From contig NC_043005.1 of assembly GCF_006345805.1 (NCBI RefSeq), positions 48,856,001 to 48,920,000 of the forward strand: DNA of 64,000 nt, in the 5' to 3' direction. How positions within the stretch are numbered: the stretch's first letter is position 1; the number at the start of each line of letters is the position of its first letter. This stretch comes from Octopus sinensis. Its lineage: Eukaryota. Under the pieces are notes generated by a model. That model was given only the letters and a program-made list of their open reading frames with translations, searched no databases and was not told where the DNA came from. Both the position numbers and the translations under genes were made by a program. Positions 1-13,501 of the stretch are shown here, piece by piece.

Positions 1-960
1 TAGATCCCTGAATATTTCCTACCCACTTCTCACTCAGGTTGCTACTTAGAATGACTTAGGTAGCAGATGCTATCATTACTTTGAAGAAACCCTCTAAATA
101 TTTGAAATAAGTTGTTTTAGGTGTACCCTTATTGCTATTTAATTTCATGCAACTACCACATATAAAATTCCTCTTTATAACCCTACTTGTTACCTTACAG
201 TACTTCTTGTGCCTACACAGTTTACACTAGGAACAGTATGTGAAACTCCTACATATTTCTTTTCTGCATATTGAACTTGTTAGATCGCCATGGAGTCCTG
301 TCTGCGATTCCAGCTAACACTTTTGTTCTTGTTGGGTTTAACTGAAGATCCCTTGATTCTAGGTATTGCTTCCACTTTTGGAATCCTTTCCATTTTTTTT
401 TTCTAGTCTTTAACAGATTCAGCTATGGGAACATGGTAATTAGTGTACAGAAGTTTTCATGGGTAACTGGTTTCAAACTCCTCTGTTATGGCCTGGAGAA
501 ATATATTAAACAGGAAGGGCTTAAAAACTAAACCCCAATGAAAAATTCCTGCATACTATCTTTCATTGTATAGAACTTACACAGTTCTCACAGCCATTTA
601 TCAACACCTATAGTTCTTAGTGAATACCAGACAACAGAGTGTGATACCCCATGAAAACCTGCCCCATGTGAATGAAAACTAGATTTAATGGCTTGCACTT
701 AGCTAAGAACATTTATAAAGATCTCACTGGGAAAAGGCTTCAAGAGAAGACTGTCCCAAAGCTAATTTTCTTCCTAATTAACAGTGCTATAATCCAACTG
801 TTACTTTCATAACTTGGTCTATACATTTGATGCTTTAGAAGTAGTTACATTCTAGAGCATCACCCTCCATTCTTGTAACAATTCATGATATTTCTGTGAT
901 GCTCACAGAGCATGGCTCTCTACTGCACTATTTGTTTGAATATGCAAATAACCGGTGCAC
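1..960 (-). mobile_element. Highly decayed LINE reverse transcriptase remnant (RTE-like)
   Basis: Minus-strand fragments lie in collinear order and resemble RT motifs: GFHGVSHSVVWYSLR (AFDxV..IW), PFLFNIF (SPLLF), GLQLNPTRTKV and DSICYL. Many stops and frameshifts. Confidence 0.55.
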
Positions 961-1154
961 ATCACTTTTTGCCAAATATATACAAGTTTTGTGAATGTGT
1001 GTGTGTGTCAGTGTGTGTTTTTGCATGTGATATGTATAAATATATGATATATATACATATAATATGCATATATATATATATATATATATATATCACATTT
1101 ATATTATATAGATGTGTATATGTATTATATGCATATATATGTCTAATAAATGTG

Positions 1155-1217
<63 letters not shown>

Positions 1218-1619
1218 TATAATATATATATATTTACATATATTACATTCATACATATAAATATTATATATATCTATATACATAACACACACACATATAT
1301 ACACACACAGTTATACATACAGATACATGCATATATGCATATGTATATAAATATTTATGGGTATGTATATATGTATATATATATATATAACCATTTCACC
1401 CGGAGCCAAAATATATATATATTATATATATATATATATATACGCACACACAACTGGGTACATCCATATACACACATTATATATAATATATATATATAAT
1501 ATATATAATATATATATATATAGATATATATATATATATATTATATATATATTATATAATATATAATATATATATATATATATTATATATATCAGCATAT
1601 GTATGTAGATGCATATATA

Positions 1620-1664
<45 letters not shown>

Positions 1665-2023
1665 CAGATTTGTATGTAGATGCAAGAAAGGTTTTATCAA
1701 CACTCACAAATATTGTTACAAATGTCTGAAGACACACTCATGGACTGGTTGTTATGGAAACACAAAGTAGATAGAACCAAAATATTACACTCACTGACAT
1801 AAATGGAATGCCTTACGCATACAGACATATTTACAAACATACCTCCTTTGCTGTGTATGTATGCACCTGCATATGTATGTTTGCACATGCGAATGTTTGC
1901 ATGTGCATACATATATATATATATATATATGCACACACGCACACATGTATATACATATATGTGGTATTAGTGTAGATATATATATATATATATTGTGACA
2001 CCATATAAATATATATATATATC

Positions 2024-2070
<47 letters not shown>

Positions 2071-2248
2071 ATATATATATCATATAGCTGTGTATGTATG
2101 TTTGTGTATATATGTAACTGAAATCAGAGCCTAAATTATGCACCATGGTTGCTCCATGATTCAACATGAGACAAAAAGCAAAATTCAAAATAATGGCATT
2201 CTTAATATCAGTTACTTTTCATTGATAGTATTATTATTATTATTATTA

Positions 2249-2281
<33 letters not shown>

Positions 2282-2404
2282 TAATATTACCTTTTTTATG
2301 ATTCCATATTTCATGTGCATGTGTGTGTGTGTCTGTGTTTGTGCATGTTTGTGAATGTGTGTATATGGATGTACACAGTTGTGTGTGCGTATATATATAT
2401 ATAT

Positions 2405-2850
2405 ATTGGCTCGCCGGGTGAAATGGTTAGCTGTATTTCTTCTGTCTTTACATTCTGAGTTCGAATTCTGTGAAGATCGACTTTGCCTTTCATCCTTTCA
2501 GGGTCAATAAATTAAGTACCAGTGAAACACTTGGGTCAATGTAATCGACTGGTCCCCTTCCCCAGAAATTTATTTCAGGTCTTGTGCCTTTAGTAGAATG
2601 GATTATATTATATTATATATACACATATGTACATATACATATATATATGTATTCATGTATGTACATATATGAAGCAAGCTGGCAAAATCGTTACTGCACT
2701 AGAAAAAATTCTGAGTTTAAAAAACTACTGGGGTCAACTTTTCTTTTTCAACCTTGTGGGGTTGATAAAATAAAGTACCAGTTTAGCACAGAGGTCAATG
2801 TAATCAATTACATACAAACCACTGCTAGCCATGTGCCATAATTCGAAACC
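2405..2850 (+). mobile_element. Two partial copies of SINE family B
   Basis: Core ttctgagttcgaattc...gactttgcctttcatcctttcagggtcaataaattaagtaccag is shared with about 20 other copies in the window. Confidence 0.75.
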
Positions 2851-2925
2851 TGCTTAAATATACATATATATATTATATATATATATATATTATAATATAT
2901 ATATATAAATATAAATATATATATA

Positions 2926-2980
<55 letters not shown>

Positions 2981-3911
2981 GACCGTGAATGTGTGTGTGC
3001 ATGCTGAAAAACACATCTATTTAAACTAAAATGCCTATGTGTGTGTATGGGGAGTTTGTGTGTGTATGAGAATATAGATGTATTTTATATTTAAGCATTA
3101 TTTGTTTCTAATATGTTGATCTACCCACAATTTTCAATCAAACAACATGCTTATATATATGCACTGTTTCACAGATACATACACATGTACATACACATAT
3201 ATTTATATATTCATACAAATATGTATCCATGATCTCTTACTAGGAAATGATTTGACCATAGTCTGAACTACATATAGTACTGAGTATTATTTAATGAATG
3301 CTAGTATTTAACAATGGAATAAAATATCCTGGAGCTTCTAATTAAATATACTTAGTTCTTTACTCTACCTCATTGTATGTGTATATTGCTTGTTATCTTG
3401 CAAGCAATACCTTTCTAATTGACCAAATTCTTGCTTTAAGGCATTCGATCTATGACTGTTCTGGCTTTTATTTGTGTTTTTATTCGTAAAAGAACTAAAT
3501 ACAGTCCATTTTTTTTAGGTATTACTGTGTTATATAAGGAAGATTTGGCTGTTATTTCTAGTTGGTTGCACTACTATGTGGAGGCTCCTTGTTGCATTAA
3601 GTTTGTGAGCATGCATGTATGTGCATGTGTGAGCATGTGTGTGTGTGTATGCATAAGTGTATATGTGTTCTGTGTGTGCATATGTGTGTGCATGTCTGTT
3701 TATGTATCTGTATACATACATGTGTGTCTGTGGGAATATGTGTATTTGCAGGTTTGGATCTATGTGTGCTTGCATACAGACACACTTGTGAACATACACA
3801 TTATAAAGAATGATTACATGTAAATTTTATATTTAAGAAGGCATTTAACATAGTTTCAGAAGTGCCAATGCATAAACTCTCTTACCTTGAGTCACTTGAT
3901 TACTCTGCTAA

Positions 3912-3976
<65 letters not shown>

Positions 3977-4689
3977 TATATATTTATATATATATATATA
4001 TATAGAGTATATATTATATATATATATATATATATGAGTATATATTTATATATATAAATATATAAAAGTATATCTACATATATATATAATAAGTATATAT
4101 ATATATATATAAAGTATATATATATAATAAATATATATATATATGAGTATATATATATATATAACTATATATATATATAACTATATATTTTTGATATATA
4201 TATATATATATATATATAACTATATATTTATATATATATTTAGATATAAATATATATATACACGCACACACACACTCACACACTCACACACACTCACACA
4301 CACACACACTCACACTCACTCACACTCACACACACACATAATCACACACATGCACACAGGTACATACACACACACAAATCTATAATTTTATATACATTGA
4401 CGTATCAAAAGAACTTGAATTAAGAGTTTTATCAATCTGATCCATCTTTCAAACAGTTCTTCACTTTATTTAACTATATATCTATATGTTCTATTTATAT
4501 ATTTATCTGTTGGTATATCTATTTATCTGTCTCTCTCTCTATCTCTACTATTATCTATCACTATTTCTTTCTATATACCAATTTCTTTACATTACATAGC
4601 AATCAATCTATCTATTTATATAACCCACCGGTTTATTTAGCTGACCATAAATCTAGCTTCTTAGCTAAACTAAATAGCTTTCCAAATCT

Positions 4690-4789
4690 NNNNNNNNNNN
4701 NNNNNNNNNNNNNNNNNNNNNNNNNNNNNNNNNNNNNNNNNNNNNNNNNNNNNNNNNNNNNNNNNNNNNNNNNNNNNNNNNNNNNNNNN
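4690..4789. other. Assembly gap (100 N)
   Basis: Run of n. Confidence 1.
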
Positions 4790-4896
4790 CCAACACCCCC
4801 ACCCCAACTTTGCTCCAAAATTAGCAAAGACCTTAGGGCTTAGCTTTGTAGTTTATTGTAGTTGTTATTGTCATAGATTTTTTGCAATGATTCATC

Positions 4897-5756
4897 TTTA
4901 CTTCAGTCGTGAGACTGGGGCCTTGCTAGGGGCCACTGCCTTCAAGAATTCTTACTCAGATTGATTCTTACTCGAAAGAATCAACCCCAGTACTTACTAT
5001 TCTTTTATGTCTGGTACTGATTCTATTAGTTCCTATTTGTTGAACCACTAAGTTATGGTGATGTAAACACACCAATTCCAGTTGTCAAGCAGTGGTGGGA
5101 GACAAACACAGTCACTAACACTGACACACACACACACACATACACACACATGTTTATATATATGATGGGCTTCCTTCAGTTTCTGTCTACCAGTTCCACT
5201 TACAAAATTTTGGTTGGCCTGAGGCTATAGTAGAAGACACTTGCCCAAAGTGCCAAGCAGTGAGACTGAACTCGGAACCATGTGGTTGATTGTTGAGAAG
5301 CAAACTTCTTACCTCACTGCCATACTTACTCTTACTCTTTTTACTCTTTTACTTGTTTCAGTCATTTGACTGTGGCCATGCTGGAGCACCGCCTTTAATC
5401 GAGCAACTCGACCCCAGGACTTTTTTGTAAGCCCAGTACTTATACTTCGGTCTCTTTTGCCGAACCGCTAAGTGACGGGGACCGTAAAACACACCAGCAT
5501 CGGTTGGTCAAGCAATGCTAGGGGGACAAACACAGCACACCACACAACCACACATATATAATATATATATATACATATATACGACAGGCTTCTTTCAGTT
5601 TCCGTCTACCAAATCCACTCACAAGGCATTGGTCGGCCCGGGGCTATAGCAGAAGACACTTGCCCAAGATGCCACCAGTGGGACTGACCCGGAACCATGT
5701 GGTTGGTGTAGCAAACTACTTACACCACAGCCACTCCTGCACCTATACTTGTGCCT
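4897..5756 (-). mobile_element. Two nested copies of tRNA-derived SINE family A
   Basis: Both are reverse complements of the 19062-19550 element. The younger copy (~5326-5745) interrupts the head of the older one, with atactt on both sides. Confidence 0.85.
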
Positions 5757-6453
5757 ATGGTTTTCATACAGTCAAAAGAACTTTCTCTGAGAACCTAAAT
5801 ACATAATTCCAGTAAGATTTGGATAGGTCTGGTCTGGTCTGCTCTGATCTGGTAGGGGTAGTGGTAAAAAAAAACGTGTGGGAGGTGGGGGGGGGCATCT
5901 GCCCCCCCCCCCCCCACTAGGTAATATACTATTGGTGGTATCAGTGGCATGAAATTGGTGATATCGCATGACGCTAAGGAATCTGGAATATAACAGAATA
6001 CAAAAATGACCAGTACGAGAAGCCTGGCAATTTATTGACCACTAAAACTACTCTACTGGACGCTTCTAGATTTAACTTAAAACATCTCCATCCTACCAAA
6101 CCCTGTTCCGCCCTCATAAAACATACCCCCCCCCCTACACACACCAACTTTTATTGTCATATCCAATCTGATTCCAAGTAACCAAACCCTGACATTGATA
6201 CTGTCACCCAGTAAGGAGGAATTTTGTCAGGCGTGTGGGGAGTCGGTGTGTTGGCAGTGATATCAGACCTATGATCGACCAGTAATTCTAGCTGCAGTAA
6301 AGTTTACACAGGCTCTGTACTCATATACATATATATCATATAATCATGTATATTATATCACATACATACATATATATATTTATATATATATACATAGATG
6401 CACACAAACATATTATGTATACATACCTACATATATATATAAATACATACATG

Positions 6454-6495
<42 letters not shown>

Positions 6496-6711
6496 ATACA
6501 CTCCTTTTATGAAACAGTGTATCTTGAAGCACATAAGACTACAAATGTCAAAGTGTAAACATTGGGTTGAAGAACCCTATGAATAGAAAAAGGCAATGGC
6601 AGCTCACGTGTTCATTCACACACAAGCACACAAACACAGACACACACATGTTTACATATATTAAGCAGTTCTCTATTTAAGAGATGAGGAATTATATACA
6701 ATATTTACATT

Positions 6712-7015
6712 ATTTACATTTGATGGATATTTGTCCTCATCTTGTTTGTTGTTAACTCTATGGCATAGTGGTTAAGAGCACAGGCTACTAACCCCAAGAT
6801 TCCGAGTTCAATTCCAGGCAGTGACCTGAATAATGATAATAATAATGATAATAATGATGATGATGATAAGAATAATAACATCGAAAAATACCTTAGGAAT
6901 GAGAACCCAGGTTCGAAATTTCCCCAAGACACCTGATGAAGGCTGTAGGGTATATCAGCCGAAACGTTGTGTTAAGAACAAACAAGATGAGGACAAATAT
7001 CCGTCAACTGTAAAT
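6712..7015 (+). mobile_element. tRNA-headed, hammerhead-containing non-autonomous element with a 45-bp terminal inverted repeat (Penelope-like tail)
   Basis: Box A TGGCATAGTGG 6761-6771, box B GAGTTCAATTCC 6804-6815, an (AAT/GAT)n spacer and a hammerhead at 6928-6973. Inverted repeat 6712-6756/6971-7015 matches at 42/45. Confidence 0.75.
6928..6973 (+). ncRNA. Minimal type I hammerhead ribozyme motif
   Basis: Stem I GACAC/GTGTT, core CTGATGA plus one extra A, stem II GGCTG/CAGCC, GAAA, palindromic stem III AC-GT and cleavage triplet GUU. Confidence 0.7.
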
Positions 7016-7176
7016 TATATAAATAATAAATATTATGCATATATAAATGCGTGTGTGTGTGTGCATATGTGCACATACACACATGTATCACCAAGATTTA
7101 TCTTTAAGGTATTCATATATTCTAAAAAAAACATGTATATATGTTTTGTGTGTATGCACGTGTGTGCATGTATGAG

Positions 7177-7214
<38 letters not shown>

Positions 7215-7747
7215 CCTTTGTTTTTAAGGCATCATTTTTCTACACTATAATCAAACTATAATATATAAATGAGCACAAATTTGGCTGTAATTTCTAGTAG
7301 ACAGAACTACCATGTTTAGGCAGGTTACATTATAGGCGCAACAGAAATAGGTTTTTCCAATAACTTAATCAATAACTTTCTAAACGATATGCTGAAACTA
7401 AAAGAATTCTTGATTTTTCAACTTCCCATTTTATTTATATCAATTGATAGATCATAGAAGTAAATAAATTTAGATCTTTTTGCCATTTTGCATCTGCCTG
7501 ACATTTTATCTGCATTTAAACCTTTCATTTTCTGAAAAATAAATCATGTTTATATTGGTAGTTATATTATAGACAAACACATATTCATATCATTGCATTC
7601 CATCACACACACACTATCGAATACACATGCACACACATTCACTATCAAACACACATGCACACACACACATACAAACAAAAATATATATAGAGGGAGAAAG
7701 GCAAAGAGATGCAAATGTATGCATGTGTACGTATATGATGTTTATGT

Positions 7748-7781
<34 letters not shown>

Positions 7782-7943
7782 TGTGTATGCACACATCAAT
7801 ATACACATGTATTACATACATTTCAAATATACATAAATATTTATATGTGTGTGCATGTGCAATATATATATATATATATGTATATATAAATTGTGTGTGG
7901 TGTGTGTGTGTGTGGTGTATATATATATATGTATATAAATGTT

Positions 7944-7992
<49 letters not shown>

Positions 7993-8865
7993 ATACACAT
8001 ATATATACATATATATATATACACATATATATATACTTATACATATATATATATACACATATATGTATACATACGTGCATACATACATACATACATACAT
8101 ACATACATACATACATACATACATACACAAACACTCACAAGAACATAAATATATAACATACAGGCTTCTCTACAGTTGTTTCTCTATTGTTTATTCATGA
8201 AAACATCTTTATGGATTGATTTTATCTCCTTTCATTCTTCCATTGTTTTATTCAATCTTCATTTACTCCTTTCTATATATTTTCCTGTCTTTTTCTCTTT
8301 TTGCTCTTTCGTGATTTATTTAAAACAAGGGTAGAAATTTATACAAAATTTGTTTCTCAATTTGTTTCTATGAGAATTCAAATCCGTAATATGTCAATTT
8401 TTACAGTTTTCATGCCTCTGACATCAATAAAATTAAGTACCAGTAATGTTATAAGGTGATTTGATTTAATCAAATACGCCTTTATTTTTTTTTTTTTTTT
8501 TTTTTAGAAATATATGTGCTTGTGCTAATGTGAAGAAATTTGTATAATTTCATTTCTCAATAATGGCAGCTAATATATATACTTACATGTGTGCATATGT
8601 ATGTATCACTTTTATATGCTAGCCACTGATATAATCATTTCAATGGTTATAATATATATATATACATATACATATATATATATATAGATATTATATAGAT
8701 ATATATAATATATATTATAGATATATATATATACATACATGCATATATATATATATATAAATATATAATAGAAATACTATAATAATAATAGTAGGGAATA
8801 TAATTCAAAACTGCTCAGGGAAAGATTCAATTTAACAATTTTAAATCAAATTCCACAATATAAAA

Positions 8866-9129
8866 TATATGTATATAATTTAGAGAAAAACCACTATTAA
8901 ACAATTCAATAAAGAAAGATGTTATTCACACCATATAGAAAACATATACTATAAAAAAAACTTATTTTAAAACAATGAAGTACAATAAATACTACTGTTT
9001 ACTATTTATTGTACTTTATTGATTTAAAATAAAGTTTTTTTTATAGTATATGTTTTCTATATGGTGTGAATAACATCTTTCTTTATTGCATTGTTTAATA
9101 GTCATTTTTCTCTAAATTATATACATATA
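8866..9129. repeat. Long AT-rich palindrome (~125-bp arms, 11-nt loop)
   Basis: 8866-8991 is the near-perfect reverse complement of 9003-9129. Confidence 0.9.
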
Positions 9130-10120
9130 AACATATATACATATATATTTTTATATATATATATATACACATACATGCATATATGTATGTATGTAAATAT
9201 ATGAGAGAGAGAGACAGACAGAAAGAGAAAGCTCTTTATATCATTATATTGTACTTATGGTATACTAATGTGCTACTTAATTTTCATGTATCATAAACTA
9301 GCTGTTCTCCATCTGGAGTGTAATACTTCATCTAGAATGTAAATTTGCTTCTGACTATTTTGCCAGTCATAATAAATATGGAAACTTGTGAAAATAAAAT
9401 GATAAAACAAATAAATAGAAAGAAATTGTGAAGGAATGAACATAGAGAAGAAATCATCTGAATTATGTCTGTTAAATTAACAGTGTACTTCTATATCAAA
9501 AAATGTTTGGAAATTTAACAAAAATTTCAAGAAAGGTTATGAAATATTAAGGTACATCTGTCAAATGCAATGTACTGTTTAAATGTAATGTCATGTAATT
9601 TTGTATAAGAAATTATTTGTTTGTATTGTGTTTGTGTGAAAAGTGTTTGAATTCTTCTGATAGTCTATATCAAGTGAAGATGTGCAATGCGAATGTTGCT
9701 TTAGGTTAGGTGTTCAGTTACACTAGATAAACGTTATCGTAGGATGTAAATTACTTTGATGTAGATCAAATTTTGTAATCAGCTAGCATGTATTTGTCAT
9801 AATGTGGGCATCATTAAAAGAAATCTCTTTTAGTGTTTAAGCAGTCACTAGTGATTTTCAACTTAATCAATATATGTGTGTTTTCCACTGTACACATCAG
9901 CCATTTCCTTGACCAGTTGGTATATGATCTGCCTCATTTGAGAATTCTTTATCATATATCTTAATCTGAGTTCCCTTATCCGTAAAATTGAAGTAGCACC
10001 TTTGTATATATTAAGAACTTCACAAAAATCTCGTCTAACTCTGACAACGGTGTTCAGTCCTCTGTACCAGTTGAATGTTCTCTTAGTAACAAGGAATATG
10101 TATGTATGTACGTATATTTG

Positions 10121-10154
<34 letters not shown>

Positions 10155-10363
10155 TGTATGTATGTATGTATGTATGTATGTATGTATGTATGTGTGTGTG
10201 TGTATGTATGTGTGTATGTATGGTCTTGCTCACACATACAAAGATACACAGATCACAGATGCATACATTATATTTAAGCTAATTACTATGTCACATTTTG
10301 AATGTTGAATATTCAAAACTTGTAAAAAAATAGTACTAATATATTTTTTTTTTTCTATTGCAG

Positions 10364-11850
10364 AAATGAAGACATAGTGCCTCACACTAGCGAGGATGTA
10401 GGTAAATCTGTGATGTCCCAGAATGCAACATATTCTTCCGATGTAGATAGAAGACATGAAGACATAAGTCACAATAGTCAAAGACAGCTTCCTCCAACAA
10501 CTGCCATTGTTAGCGACATCTCTCAAAGGCATGCTTCCGCTTCTACTGCCACAGCTTCTGTTGAGGAACTAAATGGTCAACAGAGCATTGAAGACGTAAG
10601 TAGTAGATTCTCAGAAATAGCTAATCACAGACAACCAGAAAGTCTCGATCATAGAAACTGTGAAGAATTCAATAGTCGACACCTGGATGAAAGCAGCAAT
10701 AGGCAGGAAGTGGGTTACAGACATGTTAATCAGCTTAATAATCGGCATGTTAACGAACATGCTCTCAGGCACTCCGAAGACTTACACCATAGACATAGTG
10801 ATGGCTCATCTCTAAGAATTACTGCTGAAGAATCGACTCTTAGACATCCAGAGGACCCTAGTTTAAGAAATACTGAGGAATCAATTCTCCGACACTCGGA
10901 CGATAACATGCTTCGACATTCAGACGACTCGATCCTACGCTTACCTGACAGCATCGTACAGAGACACGCTGATGAACTGAATAAATGTCATCCAGGAGAA
11001 ATAAGGCATTCAGAAGATTTAAGACATCAAGACGATTTAAGACATCAAGATGATTTAAGACATCAAGATGATTTGAGACACTCTGAAGAATTGAGACCTC
11101 CTGAAAGCCTGAGGCAATCTGAAGATTTGAGACATTCTGATGATCTCAGACACTCTGATGAGTTGAGACATCCAGAGAATTTGAGACATATTGAGAAGCT
11201 GCGTCACCAAGATAGTTTCAGACATTCAGGAGATCTCAGGCATCCCGATGAAATGCATCATCGAGATGACTCGAGACATCAAGACGACCTCCATCATCCT
11301 GAGAGCCTAAGACATCCGGAAGATCTAAAACACCTCGAAGACTTGCGTCATCCGGATGAATTAAGGCATCCAGATGAGTTGAGCTATCGCCATCCTGACC
11401 AGCTAGGTCTTCTCCATCCAGATACAAAATTGAACCATAGGCGACCAGATGAATTGACACCAAGGATTCCAGATGATCTTCGATGTAGGCAAATGGGTGA
11501 ATTAAGTCATAGGCACTCAGATGAGCTTGGTCATAGACTTTCTGACGATCTTGTACCTCAGTTTCCTCAAGATTTAAGCCCAAATAACTCAGATGATCTC
11601 AGTCCACAGCATTCCATTGATGATTTAAATCTTCGGCATCCTGGATCCGACTTTAGTCAGCGATATCATGATGATTTAAGTTTACGAAACCCAGACTCAT
11701 ATCAGCCAAATGTCAGCAGTTACAACAATATCAGCATCAACGAACTTTCACCTCATACACCTCAATCTATTTCACCTTCATCTCTTCCTGATGTTACATG
11801 TCACCTCAATAATGAGGGTATTTTCGTATGTCACTTATGCAACTTTTCAG
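10364..11850 (+). CDS. hb: hunchback coding exon A: His/Arg/Asp repeat region and first half of N-terminal finger 1; first in-frame ATG at 10413
   Basis: Polypyrimidine acceptor ttttctattgcag ends at 10363. The frame is open to the donor CAG|GTGAGT (11850/11851, phase 1). It ends in FVCHLCNFS, which exon B completes into a C-X2-C-X12-H-X3-H finger. An upstream exon is implied but was not located. Confidence 0.85.
10620..11700 (+). repeat. Coding tandem repeat: 21 LRHxDD/E-type hexapeptides (11001-11378) flanked by degenerate octapeptides
   Basis: Read directly from the translation, with 18-nt periodicity such as ttaagacatcaagatgat. Confidence 0.9.
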
Positions 11851-11859
11851 GTGAGTCTC

Positions 11860-11954
11860 CTTCTTCTTCTTCTTCTTCTTCTTCTTCTTCTTCTTCTTCT
11901 CCTCCTCCTCCTCCTCCTCCTCCTCTTCCTCTTCTCCTCTCCCTCCTCCTTCTT

Positions 11955-12037
<83 letters not shown>

Positions 12038-12120
12038 CATTATTCTAATACTACTATTGCTGCTGCTGTTGCCATGGCCACTAGTGCTGCTACTACTGCT
12101 GCTGCTACTCTTGCTACTGC
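11860..12120. repeat. Compound trinucleotide microsatellite (CTT/CCT/ATT/CTG) right after the exon A donor
   Basis: Directly visible. Confidence 0.95.
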
Positions 12121-12423
12121 CGTTAGTTATATCCTTACTAAATATCCTACTACAAAATAGAATTCTAATTCAAAATTCATGGATAACTTTTCTATTTTGA
12201 TTCTGGAAATCTCTTGAGTTCTCTCATCTTTACCTTCACATTCCTAATGTGCTATTGAAGAATGTATAAGCATAATTATTTCTATTTTACTAGACAAACC
12301 TTATCCTATTTAAATTCTTTGAAAACAACCCTAGCACTGCCAAATTTCAACACTCTAAACCTTTCCATACTGTAATTCTGCTACTAATTCTTCCATTTAC
12401 CATTCATACCTGCCAAAATGGTA

Positions 12424-12472
<49 letters not shown>

Positions 12473-12501
12473 ATATATATATGTGTGTGTGTATATATAT
12501 A

Positions 12502-12545
<44 letters not shown>

Positions 12546-13216
12546 ATAAATATGTCTACCTTTCGCTCTCTCAATTCATCTCTGTTTTATCCCCTTTTCC
12601 CACTTCACTGCCTCCCTCTCCCTCTTTCTCTCTCGTCTCCCTTCTCCCCATCATCTCTCTCATTCTTTATATTTCCCCTCCCCCTATTCTTCTGGACTGG
12701 CATAAATTCAGAATCAAATGATGGAGGAGAGGTTTGACTCTCTTGGCTTAAGATAGCATTTTCTCAAAGCTCTCCAAAGGAATCAAGGTGTTAAAAAAAA
12801 AAAAAAGAAAACAAAAAAGAAAAAGAAAAAAGAAAATATCCAAAAACAAGAAAAAAAAAACAAAATCATAGACAGCTCACTGCTTCGTATCATTGTTTAG
12901 AGAATAGATATGTTGATAGTCAATTTACAATTGTAGATTAATTGGCAACAGCGGTAGAAAAATCTATGCTATATCAACAAGATATGCAAGATAGTTTATA
13001 CTTTCTAAATGAATGTGTATCAGCTGTGTCAGACTGGCTTTTCTCTGAAGTTGGTGTTTCTTCTCTTTTGAGTCATAGCCATGTATGTATTACAGTGGAA
13101 TGAAGAGAAAGAGAGAGGAGAGAGAGAGAGAGAGAGAAAGAGAAGAGAGAGAGAGAGTTTGCATGTGCATGTGTGTGTACATATGTATATATACATAAAT
13201 ATATTATATTATATAT

Positions 13217-13266
<50 letters not shown>

Positions 13267-13337
13267 TATTTATGTATATATACATATGTACACACACATG
13301 CACATGCAAAACTCTGCATACAATCATGTGTATATAT

Positions 13338-13371
<34 letters not shown>

Positions 13372-13469
13372 CATACACATATATATGCATATATATGCAT
13401 ATATATGAATATATATATATTATTACATACATACATACATACACACACACACCACACACATATATATAT

Positions 13470-13501
<32 letters not shown>

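Noticed and set aside
5880-5920. G9-catct-C14 hairpin or G-quadruplex
   Set aside because: A short homopolymer palindrome of a kind common in DNA-transposon remnants; no termini or function could be supported.
10969-11165. CTGATGA motifs as additional hammerheads
   Set aside because: They come from Ser/Ala-Asp-Asp/Glu codons and have no stem II or GAAA partner.
11851-12200. Poly-Ser/Pro/Leu/Ile 'transmembrane' tail of the 607-aa ORF
   Set aside because: It lies after a consensus GTGAGT donor in the middle of a zinc finger, and the frame stays open only because the repeats are trinucleotides. No evidence for intron retention.
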